The position numbers and the translations under genes were made by a program. Below are positions 50,297 through 63,340 of a stretch of DNA of 64,000 nt, piece after piece. The stretch spans positions 290,966,001 through 291,030,000 of the forward strand of contig OZ024740.1 of the NCBI GenBank assembly GCA_964016885.1. The letters run 5' to 3'. Origin of the DNA: Eledone cirrhosa (taxonomy: Eukaryota). Numbering within the stretch: the first letter of the stretch is position 1; each line of letters opens with the position of its first letter. Under the pieces are notes generated by a model that was not told where the DNA came from, ran no database searches, and saw only the letters and a list, made by a program, of their open reading frames with translations.

Positions 50297-51147
50297 CATC
50301 ATCATCATTTACGTCCGCTTTTCCTTGCTTGCAAGAGTTGGATGGGTCCTATCCAGCATGGCATCTCTCCACTTGTCATGGTCCTTAGTCATCTCCTCGG
50401 TGAGTTTCAGCGATCTGAGGTCTGCTCTCACCACCTCCACCCATGTTTTACGTGGTCTACCTCTACTGCGTCTTCCTTCTACTGGGATTTCTTGGCACTT
50501 CTTTACCCAGCGGTCATCCTCCATGCGCATCACATGTCCATACCATCTCAGCCTTCTCTCCTGCACACCACAACTTATCCCTCTTATACCCAGTTTCTTT
50601 CTCAACTCGTCTATGCTTGGTCGTTCACACACATTGACATTGCACATCCAACAGAGCATGCTTGCTTCATTTCTCTGCAGCTGTCGCATATCGTCTGCAG
50701 TTGCTGCTCATGTCTCACGACCATGCAGCATCGCGCATCTCATTCAGGCATCATATAACCGTCCTTTCGTATGCAGGGAGAAACCTTTCTTTGTCAACAA
50801 AGGAAACAGCTTCCTAAACTTCTTTAGACAAGCATAGACGAGTTGAGAAAGAAACTGGGTAGAAGAGGGATAAATTGTGGTGTGCAGGAGAGAAGGCTGA
50901 GATGGTATGGACATGTGATGCGCATGGAGGATGGCCGATGGGTGAAGAAGTGCCAGGAAATGCTAGTTGAAGGAAGATGTGGTAGAGGTAGACCACGAAA
51001 AACATGGGCGGAGGTGGTGAGAGCAGACCTCAGATCGCTGAAGCTCACGGTGGAGATGACGAAGGACCGTGACAAGTGGAGAGATGCTGTGCTGAATAGG
51101 ACCTGTCCAACCCTTACAAGCAGGGAAAAGTGGACGTAAAATGCTGA

Positions 51148-51150
<3 letters not shown>
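50297..51150. mobile_element. Two 3' fragments of a second RTE family, abutting in opposite orientation
   Basis: ORFs 50309-50689 (-) and 50843-51139 (+) encode the same C-terminus; junction near 50825. Confidence 0.92.
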
Positions 51151-51198
<48 letters not shown>

Positions 51199-51474
51199 TA
51201 TATACAATATTAAATAAATGGAAAACTATATTTATAAAACCATATTTATTTCATTATATATATTTCGGGGATATCATATTAACAATATGCTATGCCTTCA
51301 TCAGACAAAATACAATATAAACAGTTTTATAGATAAATATATTCGACATACCGTAATAAACATCAACTTCATTTGAAGAGGTTTACTCTAGCAGTGAAAA
51401 TACAGAGAGAAAGAAAGAGAGAAAGAAAAGAGGGAAAAACGAAAGAAAGAAAGACAAAACGAAGAGAAGGAAGA

Positions 51475-51843
51475 GTATACAATTGTAATGTTAATACTGA
51501 CTCTAATTCTTTTAACTACGTCGGTTCCACATCGACGGAATTTAAACTTCGCTATAATAACCACAAGAATTCTTTCACAGACCCAAATAAAAAATCTTCA
51601 ACGGCACTATCAGGGGTACTCTGGCAACTTAAGCTAGATAACGTTAGATATTCGACGGCTTGGAATATAGTCTCAAGAGGGATTCCTTTTAATTCATCCT
51701 CTGAGACATGTGACCTCTGTGCAGAGGAGATATTCTTTATACTAAAATCTAAAAACTCCCTTAACCTACGGACAAATTTATTCAGTTGTTGCAAACATAG
51801 ATTAAACTCAACGTTTAAATATAAATTTAAATTTAAAATGTAG
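51475..51843 (+). pseudogene. GIY-YIG endonuclease domain of the Penelope-like element (truncated)
   Basis: VY..YVG motif, catalytic Arg, Glu and Asn positions, CxxC...CxH; the first 34 aa of the track ORF come from the inverted pLTR. Confidence 0.88.
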
Positions 51844-53339
51844 TATATTTAGTTTGATTTATATTTATATGAGAACTAGCCGATAAATCTTTTGATTCCT
51901 AAATCTTTGATTCCCTCGTTTTACTCTTTTTATTGTTTATTTTATTTTATTTATTTTTATTTTTATCTAAACATTCCTCATGAAAAATTAAGCTACCCTA
52001 AAAGCCGATGCTCCAAATTTTTTGAATTAACCTTACACTAGATAAACTTCTATATTAAACATAGGAACATATGTAGACATAATTGGACATCATAATCTTT
52101 TTTACGATATTCTTTGCTAGATGTGATTTGATAGATAATTTTTGGCTTTGTCTTGTAGTGAACGTGGCAATATATTGTCAATTAACTTTGAAGGGTTGTT
52201 TTTTTGTGGTTTATTTTTATTTTTATTTTCATTTTTATTTTTATTTTTATTTTTACTTTTATTCTTTTAGTATTGTAGTATTCTATAATATTTTTATTTT
52301 TATTTTATTTATTTTTTAAATATTTTTATATATTTTTATATGTAAATTTTTATATGTAAATTTTTATATGTATATTTTTATATGTAAATTTTTATATGTA
52401 AATCTTTAATACGTAATATTTTTTAATACGTAGTATTTTTAATATGCAATATTTTTATTATGTAATATTCTTTCGTAATATTTTTTTAGTTTTCTATTCT
52501 ATATTTTTACTTATTATTATGTTTATAATATAATATATATTTTCGATTAGTATATTGAAATCTGCTCTCTATTTCTGCTTGATAGATAATCTTGTAGAGT
52601 AATCGCAAGAATAATAATACGCTCAAATTTTTATACCACATTGAGAATGTTTTCCGATAACTTAGAGTTTGCGGAGTGAATCAGTTGGATTCAAATTGAG
52701 ATTTGTAGCTGTCACATAGACATATGAATTTTTAAAACTAAACATAAGATAATGAATTTTCACACATTGTGAATACTTGTTTCATTCAGGAATACTGATA
52801 TTTACAGTGTAGTGTAAGTTTTATAAATATATAAATACTAATACATTAAAACATAGGGTTTTCTACGCCTCGAATATGTCTGGATATTTTTAAAATTTTT
52901 TCTCTCTCTATATCTCTCTATATCTCTCTATATATCTCCCTTACATTAATACTTGAGCTAAATAAATAAATAAATAAATAAATGTATCATTGATACACTT
53001 ACTCAAAATGACCTCCCACTACCTAATTTTCTATATATATATGTATCTATCTCTATTTCCTCTCTCTCTCTATATATATATATCTTTCTGTCTCTTTACA
53101 TGAAGCTCTTCACTTTATCTATTTTTCCATCTCTCTATTTTGTTCCATGCATTTCTTCTTTTTCTTTTTCTTCTTTTTCTTCCTTCTCTTCGTTTTGTCT
53201 TTCTTTCTTTCGTTTTTCCCTCTTTTCTTTCTCTCTTTCTTTCTCTCTGTATTTTCACTGCTAGAGTAAACCTCTTCAAATGAAGTTGATGTTTATTACG
53301 GTATGTCGAATATATTTATCTATAAAACTGTTTATATTG

Positions 53340-53405
53340 TATTTTGTCTGATGAAGGCATAGCATATTGTTAATATGATATCCCCGAAATATATATAATG
53401 AAATA
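53340..53405 (+). ncRNA. Type I hammerhead ribozyme in the Penelope pLTR (mirror copy 51247-51312, minus)
   Basis: Stem I TATTTTGT/ATGAAATA; CTGATGA at 53348; stem II ggcatagcatatt/aatatgatatccc; GAAA at 53386; palindromic TATATA stem-loop III; UA cleavage site at 53396-53397. Confidence 0.8.
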
Positions 53406-53542
53406 AATATGGTTTTATAAATATAGTTTTCCATTTATTTAATATTGTAAATATACTCCAAATATTTGTCGAGTGCTTTTATATCAGTTATAAATATTTA
53501 CTAGTTGTAACCCAACAATTTTAAATATAACTTTACATGTAC

Positions 53543-53578
<36 letters not shown>

Positions 53579-53601
53579 GAGTATGTGTGTATATATGTGT
53601 T

Positions 53602-53639
<38 letters not shown>

Positions 53640-53722
53640 ATTGTGTATATGTATGTATGTATGTATATATATATATATGTATGTGTATGTGTGTCTATGT
53701 GTATATATGTGTATGTATGTAT

Positions 53723-55757
53723 ATATCATCATCATCATCAACGTTTAACGTCCGTGTTCCACGCTTGCATGGATTTGGACGGGGATTTTCCCACTTGAGG
53801 CAAGAGTGATTGTCTTGCTTGCATAGGACTGTCTGGCAGGTTTTCTACAGTTGGATGCCCTTCCTAACACCAACCACATTTACAGTGTGGGTCTGGGAGG
53901 TTTTTACCGTGTTGCCTACACGGCCACATTACAGCGTGGACTGTGTGTTTTTTTGTCGTGACACCTACACGATCTCATTTGTTTCGGCCTGGATGGTGTG
54001 GCACCAACATAACTTTACATAGAAGGGGATGGGGTGGGGGTGGTGGGACGGGTGTGTATTTTGTTAGAGATGCCTACTGACTGTAGTAGGTTTTACTATG
54101 TATTTAGGTAAGGCGGGTCTTCTCTATTACTGAGTACCGCCAAAGGTCTCGGTCCAGTGACATTGTCTTGGAGAGGTGTAAGTGTGTGAGGTCGGAGTTT
54201 ATCAGCTCGTCCCAGGTTTTTCTAGGTCTGCCTATTCCGTGGCTACCGTCTATCTTTATTGCCCTGCACTTTGTTATACAGCTATCGACTTTCATGCGCA
54301 TCACGTGTCCATACAAACGTAGCCTTCTCTCGAGTAAACAACATCTGATCCCTCTTATTTCTAATTTTTTCCTTAGTTCGTTTATGCTTTCCCGTTCACG
54401 TATATTACTATTACACATCCAGCGGAGCATGCAAGCTTCGTTCTTCTCTAGTCTGCGTATATCCTCTGCACATAATGTCCAGGTCTCACTGCCATGCAAC
54501 ATTGCTGTTCATATGCAGGCATCATACAACTTGCCTTTCATTTTTAGGGAGAACCCTTTAGCGGCTAATAGTGGTATAAGCTCTCTGAACTTTTTCCATC
54601 CAGTTCTGACTCTAGCTACTGCACTTTCAGAGCACCCTCCCCCACTGCTGATTTTGTCACCCAGGTAACGGAAGCTGTCCACTATTTCTATAGAGCCCTC
54701 TGCGCAGTTGAAAGAGCTAGTATTTAGTGGGCACTTGCTGCTACTTATTGCACCAGAGCACCGGCCACATGTGAAATCTATGTTCTTAGTTAGCTTACCT
54801 GTAATCCCACTACATCTTTTATGCACCCATACTTTGCATTTCTGACACAAAATGGAGTTTCTACCTACGCCTTTCCTACACACTGAGCATGGCCACTTCC
54901 CGGAAGGGACCGCCGCCTTGTTTTCTTTCCTACAAACTAGAACTTTGGTCTTAGCCAGATTAATTTTAAGGCCTTTTGATTCTAGGCTGTGCTTCCATGT
55001 TTGGAATTTCTTCTCTAGCTCGGCCATTGATTCAGCTATGAGTGTTAGGTCGTCTGCGTATAGGAGTTCCCATGGGCAGCCGGTCTTGAACTCCTCTGTT
55101 ATAGCCTGAAGGGCAATAATAAATAGTAGGGGGCTGAGAACAGAGCCCTGATGGACGCCAACTTTTACGCTAAACTCTTTACTATATTCGTTGTTAATTC
55201 TAACCTTGCTGACTGTTTCTTTATACATGGCTTGTATAGCTCTCACAAGCCATTCGTCGACACCTAGTTTTCTAAGAGCCCACCAGATAATGGAACGGGG
55301 GACTCTGTCGAAGGCTTTCTCCAAGTCGACAAAAGCTAAGTAGAGGGGTTTACTTTTAGCTAGGTACTTCTCCTGTAGTTGTCGTACAATGAAAAGAGCG
55401 TCTGTGGTACTTTTGCCTGACACAAACCCGAACTGCATTTCATCTAGGTCAATTCTCTCTCTGATTAGTTGCGCTATTACTTTTTCCGTGACCTTCATGA
55501 CCTGGTCGATTAATTTAATGCCTCTATAGTTACTCCTATCTAGGGCATCTCCTTTACCCTTATAACAGTTAACGATGATGCTGCTACGCCAGTCCTTCGG
55601 AACAACCCCATTCTGTACGACTTGGTTAACTATCCGGGTGACCATGGTGTGTCCCACCGTGCCAGATGCCTTCAGCATCTCAGCAACTATTTCCGAAGGC
55701 CCAGCTGCCTTACCCGTCTTCATATCCTTGATTGCCTTACTTATTATACTACCCTTG
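53723..55757 (-). mobile_element. RTE LINE, 5'-truncated, with complete RT, PHD-like finger and full 3'UTR
   Basis: ORFs 54509-55723 and 54104-54502 separated by one nonsense codon; (GAT)n tail. Confidence 0.96.
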
Positions 55758-55846
55758 ACTATATATATATATATATATGTAGTTTATATGAACAGAAAAC
55801 AGAGGCAGTACAAATGATATGGTTTTTAGTTTCACACACACACACA

Positions 55847-55885
<39 letters not shown>

Positions 55886-56396
55886 ATTATATATGTATAT
55901 ATATATGGTGGCTGCCAACTCGTTTTCGAGTACAGCCACTACTTTATATCCATGTAGGAGAACCCTACCGATGCGCTGAACAAGTGTGACTTTTTAGTCC
56001 AGCCAGCGACTTGAAAACTCTGGTACAAACACTACACTTGTGACAATTACTGACACATAGTGCTGGGCCCATGGCACCATGTGACAAGTGCAGAGAGATC
56101 TCCAGATATAAAACAATGCCTGTGCCGTGAAGCTTTTATAGTGAGCAAAGGCACTGCACAAAGCCAGTCCAACTCTCTTAACCAAAATGATATTTACCAA
56201 AAAGAAGAACAAGTCAACATCATTGGATACCATCAGAGTTTTCCTTCTCCTAGAATTCTGCCTTGACAAAGGCTAAGGGGTCATCTTCCCCGGTGATTTT
56301 GGATGGCCATTGACTCTTAAGAGCTCCTTTGCCCTTTGACAGGTTTTGTTTTTAGTCCTGCAGGATGTCCAAAGTCACCCTCCTCACCAAGAAAAC

Positions 56397-56833
56397 CAGT
56401 TCTTCTGCTTTTCAAAAGTAGAATTGAGATGGAGGGTTTGTGGCTTTTCTCACATTTGGTTGGTGTTTGAATGTTACTTCTGTTTTATATGGGAAAAAGT
56501 GACTCGAAATGCCAGGTTTTTAGAGAAATAATTTGGTTGGTTGGTGAATAAGTATAATAAATTTCGCGCCAGTGACTGCATCAACCAACCAAACTTCACT
56601 CATATGAAACCCCCCCCCCATTTCTTGAAGGCAATTATAAGAACTTTGTAACACGAACTGGCACAAAATTTATTATACTTATTCACCAACCAACCAAATT
56701 ACTTCTCTAAAAACCTAGCATTTCGAGCCACTTTTTTCCATATAAAACAGAAGTAATATTCAAACACCAACCAGATGTGAGAAAAACCACAAACCCTCCA
56801 TCTCAATTCTACTTTAGAAAAGCAGAAGAACTG
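56397..56833. mobile_element. Foldback MITE, about 177-bp arms with about 85-bp spacer
   Basis: cagttcttctgctttt... versus ...aaaagcagaagaactg; arms match with scattered mismatches. Confidence 0.88.
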
Positions 56834-57444
56834 CAAAATCGGTAAAGGAACCAAATAAATAAATATTTGAAAAAAAAAAAGACTCCAGCTGCATTTTCGA
56901 TTTCATCTTTTTTCCTTATACTTTCACTCGTGTAGGATACCTCGTTTTTTTTAATATATATATGGTGAAAGAGTGAAGAATAACATGGTCAACAGTACAA
57001 AAAGGGTTTTATATATATATACAATTATATGTATATATATAATTGTATATCATCATCATCTTCATTTCATTTTACTTCCGCTTTTTCCCTGCTTGCAAGA
57101 GTGGGACGGGAACTGATTCTGGCTTGATTTCTACAGCTGTATGCCCTTCCTAACACCAACTTCATTTACAGTGAGTGCTGGGTGCTTTTTTCTGTGGCGC
57201 CTATACATCCACTTTACAGTGTGGGCTGGGTGCTTTTTTGCCGTGGCACCTCCACGACCACTTTCCAGTGGAATGATATGGACCCCAGTCCCTATCATCT
57301 CATTTCTACAGCTGAGTAAACTGGAGCAATGGGAAATAAAGTGTCTTGCTCAAGGAAACAACACATCACCCGGTCTGAGAATTGAACTCACAACCTTTCG
57401 CTTGCAAGGCCAATGCTCAAACCACTAAGCCATGTGCCTCCATA

Positions 57445-57487
<43 letters not shown>

Positions 57488-57722
57488 CAAAATATTAACA
57501 AATGAAGATATTCACATAATCAAAATATATGCTTTATTATATATATTTCAAAAGTACTGTGTTGTTTTTTCTGTACGTCCTCGTCAGATAAAATATGTGA
57601 CAAACCTCTACGGTCTTGATATTTCAATTCCTGTATTGGCAGTGATTTATTTAATCAAATCTCAACATTTATATACGACAAATAATAATATGATAAACTT
57701 AAAGAAGAAAAGGACGTGGAGC

Positions 57723-60700
57723 GTAGTAGGTTTCACTTTGTACTTAGGTAAGGCGGGTCTTCTGTATTACTATGTAGTGCCAAAGATCTCGGTCCAGTGA
57801 CATTGTCTTGGTGTAAGTGTGTGAGGTCAGAATTTATCAAGTCGTCCCAGGTTTTTCTGGGTCTGCCTACGCCGTGGCTACCGTCTATTTTTATTGCCCT
57901 GTACTTTTTTATACAGCTGTCGTCTTCCATGCGCATCACGTGACCATACCAACGTAGTCTTCTCTCTAGTAAACAACATCTGATCCCTCTTATTTCTAAT
58001 TTTTCCCTTAGTTCGTTTATGCTTTGCCGTTCACGTATATTACTATTACACATCCAGCAGAGCATGCAAGCTTCGGTCCTCTCCAGTCTGCGTATATCCT
58101 CTGCACACAATGCCCAGGTCTCACTGCCATGTAACATTGCTGTTCGTATGCAGGCATCATACAGCCTGCCTTTCATTTTTAGAGAGAACCCTTTAGCGGC
58201 TAATAGTGGTATAAGCTCTCTGAACTTTTTCCATCCAGTTCTGACTCTAGCTACTGTACTTTCAGAGCACCCTCCACCACTGCTGATTTTGTCACCCAAG
58301 TAACGGAAGGTGTCCACTATTTCTATAGACATAAAATGGAGTTTCTACCTACTCCTTTCCTACACACTGAGCATGGCCATTTCCCGGATGGAACCGGTGC
58401 CCTATTTTCCTTCCTACAAACTAGAACTTTAGTCTTAGACAGGTTAATTTTAAGGCCTTTTGATTCTAGGCCATGCTTCCATGTTTGGAATTTCTTCTCT
58501 AGTTCAGCCATTGATTCAGCTATGAGCGTTAGATCATCTGCGTATAGGAGTTTCCATGGGCAGCCGGTCTTGAACTCCACTGTTATAGCCTGAAGGGCAA
58601 TAATAAATAGTAGGGGACTAAGAACGGAGCCCTGATGAACACCAACTTTTACGCTAAACTCTTCACTATATTCGTTGTTAATTCTAAACTTGCTGACTGT
58701 TTCTTTATACATGGCTTGTATAGCTCTCACAAGCCATTCATCAACACCTAGTTTTCTGAGAGCCCACCAGATAATGGAATGGGGGACTCTGTCAAAGGCT
58801 TTCTCCAAGTCGACAAAAGCTAAGTATAGGGGTTTACTTTTAGCTAGGTACTTCTCCTGTAGTTGTTGTACAATGAAAAGAGCGTCTGTGGTACTTTTAC
58901 CTGACACAAACCCGAACTGCATTTCATCTAGATCAATTCGCTCTCTGCTTAGTTGGGCTATTACTTTTTCTGTGACCTTCATGACCTGGTCGATTAATTT
59001 AATGCCTCTATATTTATCCCAATCTAGGGCATCTCCTTTACCCTTGTAGCAGTTAATGATGATGCTGCTACGCCAGTCCTTCGGAACAACCCCATTCTGT
59101 ATGACTTGGTTTACTATCCGGGTGACCATAGTGTGTCCCACTGTTCCAGAAGCTTTCAGCAACTATTTCCGAAGGCCCAGCCGCCTTACCCGTCTTCATA
59201 TCTTTGATTGCCTTACTTATAATACTACGTTCGACTAACACTGCTGGTCCCTCTATTGGATCGATGTGGGGGAGACTGTCTTTCTCCCATTTATTCTCCT
59301 CATTTAGTAGCCTTTCGTAGTGACACTTCCAAGCTACCTTCTTATCAGCGTCAGTGATGGCAAGTACGCCTTCATCATTAAGGACACACTTCTCCCCGAC
59401 AATATCACGGTTTTCCTTGACACATTGCCTAGCAATCCCGAACACCTCACGTTTTTGGTCTTCGCGTTGTAGAACATGCTCGAACTTTCTTTCCTCTGCT
59501 TCTCTTCTTGCGAAGTACACTTGTCTCCTAGCTTCCCTCCTGGCCACTTGATAGTCTTCTCTACTCCCCCCATCCCGCCATACTTTCCAAGCCTGCTTTT
59601 TGGCCTTAATTGACTCCTCCACCTTACTGCTCCACCACCACGTTACTCTCCTCCTGCCTATAGTCCTGCTCCAGCCACAGACTTCGTCTGCTGCCATCAG
59701 CAGGTTTGCTTTCAGGAATTCCCACTGTTCCTCTATATTGTACGACTCTAATTGCTCTTCCTTACTGTCGAAAGCATCAAGTAATATGCTTTTAAATTTA
59801 TTTCTGGCTGTGGGGTCCTTTAGCTTCCATAATTTCTCCTGAGGATAGTCCTCTTCTGTTGTCGAGTACGTCTCGTCCTGACTATGAGGTCGCTAATTAT
59901 CAATCTATGTTGGAAGGTGCATTCTTCATGGGGGGAGGGATTTAGTGTTTACAACAGACACTCTGTCACGTCTTCTGGTAAGGATATAATCTACCTGGCT
60001 GGTATGTTCCTCTGATCTGTAGGTGATCAAGTGATTGTCTCGTTTTTTGAAGTTAGTGTTACAGATAGTTAGGTTATTTGCGTCACAGAATTCCAGGATT
60101 CTGGAGCTTTCCTCATTTCTAGTACCAAACCCATAGCCTCCATGGATTCCGTCATAGCCGTCACAATGTTGTCCAACGTGACCATTTAGGTCGCCAGCAG
60201 TAATTATATAGTCACTGTCGCTTATTTGGGATGTAGTGAGCATCAGTGTCTCATAGAATCTGTCTTCCAGATTGCGGTGTGTACGCAGATATTACTGTCA
60301 CAGTAGTTCTATTGAGGATAAGTCTTATTTTAATTATTCTGTCGTTCAGTCTATTTACGTCTATTATCTTATCTGCCCACTTTTCTGCTACCATGATTCC
60401 TACTCCACCCAGCCCATTGTCATTTGCCACCCAGAAAAGCTTATAGCATCGTTTTTTACCCACAATGAATCTAGCAGACCCGCCCTCCACCTGGTATCTT
60501 GGATACAGCAAACATCAACCTCCTTACGTTCAAGCATTTCTACAACCTCGTTAGAGCGGCCTTTTAAGGTGCCTACATTCATGGTACCAACTCTGAAGTT
60601 TTGGATTGCGTTTGGTGGTTGGGGCGCGGGGAGGGGTGGGGGTTATGGGGTTGGGGTTATGTTGGCCATCCGCGGCCGAAACAAAGAGGAGGAGTCCTTG

Positions 60701-61040
60701 CCCTTTCGTCCGGCAGCATGGGGTGAATTTGTCGTTATCTTTGGCATTGTCTCCGAGTATCCAGATTCTTCAAACTCTCCAGAAATTCCTCAGTCCATCC
60801 ATCATATCGAAAAGCAACCAGGAGAAGTGATAGCATAGGCCGCTGACTTATGATTGGTCCAAATAATAATGGTGGAGAGTGGGGGCGGGCGTAGTTAGCG
60901 AGGAGAAGGTTTTAAATAAAGCAATAAACAGTAACAAGCGATTAAAATACACAAGATTATTTAGAACAGCCAGACAGAATTATAGAATAGCATTGAGAAG
61001 TAGGATTTGGATTCTGGGCGATTATACAGATATATGGATA
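57723..61040 (-). mobile_element. Near-full-length RTE LINE (5'UTR, APE, RT), frameshifted and lacking most of the 3'UTR
   Basis: MNVGTLKGRS...CCIQDTRW, ISAYTPQ, AGDLNGHVG, FVDLEKAFDRVP, YADD; putative 5'UTR carries GC-box and CCAAT motifs at about 60850-60890. Confidence 0.94.
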
Positions 61041-61184
61041 TATATATACATATATATATGTTAGGAAGGGTATCCAGCTGTAGAAATCAAGCCAGAATCA
61101 GTTCCCGTCCCACCCTTGCAAGCAGGGAAAAAGCGGACGTAAAATGAAATGATGATGATGATGATGATAATTGTATATATATAT

Positions 61185-62135
61185 ACTAGACATGAAAAAT
61201 GCGCAAGCTCAAAAGTGCCACAGAATGTTATAATAAACCTTCAAAAGTGTGGGACTAGAGTTGTTGCTAAAAAATATTGTAATCATTATATATCGTACAT
61301 TCTGTGGCATCCTTTATAAAAATAGCTTAAACCAACGAAGCCTTTATTTTTACGCTATTTCACTTAGTTAATTCTTAGAGTGTAACATATAAAAATATCA
61401 TTTACAACTATAAAATAAATTAATTAATATAATAACAGAGCTGCGGAGCTGAAATTTAGGAAATAATGGAGTATCGGATCCTGAGTCGGAGCCAGTCAAT
61501 TTTTGGCCGACTCCGCAGCCCTGTATAATACATTTCATATTAAAGTTATTAATAAACCTATTTTACACTTCATGCAAATTACCACGAGATATTAGATATA
61601 AGATACAGCGCAATATCTACAGCTGTAAAAGTACGAAAGCGAAGTAATAATAAGTGGCTTAAGGTAATTCCAATATGAAAGTTTGTAGTGATAAAAATTT
61701 GATAATGCAATACGATTGTTAATATTATAGTTCTATGAAAATGTAACAATAGATAACTAAATTATTTTACTATTAGTATATTTAAGAAATTATCATTATA
61801 GATTTGATCGTTCATATAAGCATCATATTAAGTTTCAACACAATTATTTTGTTACTATGAGTATATGATAATAATATTACGTAATTATTTATAGCTGTTA
61901 TTACATTAAACATAGATGTATTTATTTTTATATGTTACACTCTAAGAATTAACTAAGTGAAATAGCGTAAAAATAAAGGCTTCGTTGGTTTAAGCTATTT
62001 TTATAAAGGAGGCCACAGAATGTACGATATATAATGATTACAATATTTTTTAGCAACAACTCTAGTCCCACACTTTTGAAGGTTTATTATAACATTCTGT
62101 GGCACTTTTGAGCTTGCGCATTTTTCATGTCTAGT
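61185..62135. mobile_element. Foldback element with about 213-bp terminal inverted repeats (ACTAG...CTAGT)
   Basis: 61185-61397 versus 61923-62135, one mismatch seen; contains a hAT-like end ccgactccgcagccctg at about 61507-61523. Confidence 0.9.
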
Positions 62136-63249
62136 TTAATATTTTTTTAAGGCAACGCTTGTAATAACTCTAGTTAAACAGGATATATATTAATAATAAA
62201 TTATCGTTGTAATGTAATTAGATTATGTAATTGTTATTATAAATTATCTTATAAATATTAGTGTAAGATGTATAAAAATATTTTCAGACTTTTAATATAA
62301 ACAACTACAAAAAACAATCAATATTAAATCAATATATTATACATAATAGAAAACATAAAATATACAATACAAAAACAAAATATTTACATACAATTGCAAT
62401 TATCAGTGTATATACATTTTCTTTATATTCCCTGAGCAAATTAATAAGATTTGTTTTTATTGTACATAATTTGATGACTTGTTGGAGTGTATTAAAAGAT
62501 AGCAACAATTTGTGATTAAATTGTTATCTTAAGCAACTCACTTTTTAATAGTTGTTGGCTGAGCGAAATTGTAAAAGCCTATGAGCAAATATAAAAAAAA
62601 ATACACAAACAACATTTCCTTGTGTTATTACAACATTAGATAAAATAATTGAGCAATGTCGTTATATTTTGCTCTTATTGCACATTAATAGTGTTTCTAT
62701 TTTTCGGCACAAATCCATTACGGCAGTCCATTACTGGTACTTTATTTTATCGAATTAGTAAGTATGAAAGTCGAAGTTAACCTCGGCAGGATTTGAACTT
62801 AGAATGCAAAGGACCATAACAATACTGCAAAGCATGGTGTCTGACGCTCTACCAATACTTGTGTTGAGCTGGTCATTAATTTATGGTGGTCGTGCGTGGA
62901 GTAGAGCAATCGCTAGTTGAAATATTATGAACAAAACATTTTTATTTGCCGAAGAACATATTTTCAATACTGTTTGTGAATGTGACGAAGGAAATACATT
63001 CTGATATGGAACAGTGTACAAAGTGTGTCTGTGAATAACATAATGTTACCTCATGTTGTTGTCAAGACATAATGGATTTCGTATATCCAGTTAGAAGATG
63101 AAACCTAGCCATCTCGGATTAGTTATATTTCATGCCATGTGTAAACGTGTTTGAGGATAGCAAAATATGCGCGTTAATTATAATAATTAGTTAATAATAT
63201 TACAAAATATACCTAATTAAACTCTTTGCTTGAAATTTTATCATTCTTC

Positions 63250-63340
<91 letters not shown>

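Larger units (their letters stand above)
51203..53449 (+). mobile_element. Penelope-like retroelement: inverted pLTR, GIY-YIG 3' end, long AT-rich 3' region and pLTR
   Basis: 272-bp inverted repeat 51203-51474 / 53178-53449. VYNC...NYVGST..FKLRYNNH...CDLCAEE...LNLR...CCKH is encoded from 51475 to 51843. Confidence 0.9.

Noticed and set aside
52083-53809. FYFY and YIYI low-complexity ORFs
   Set aside because: Translations of AT-rich microsatellites
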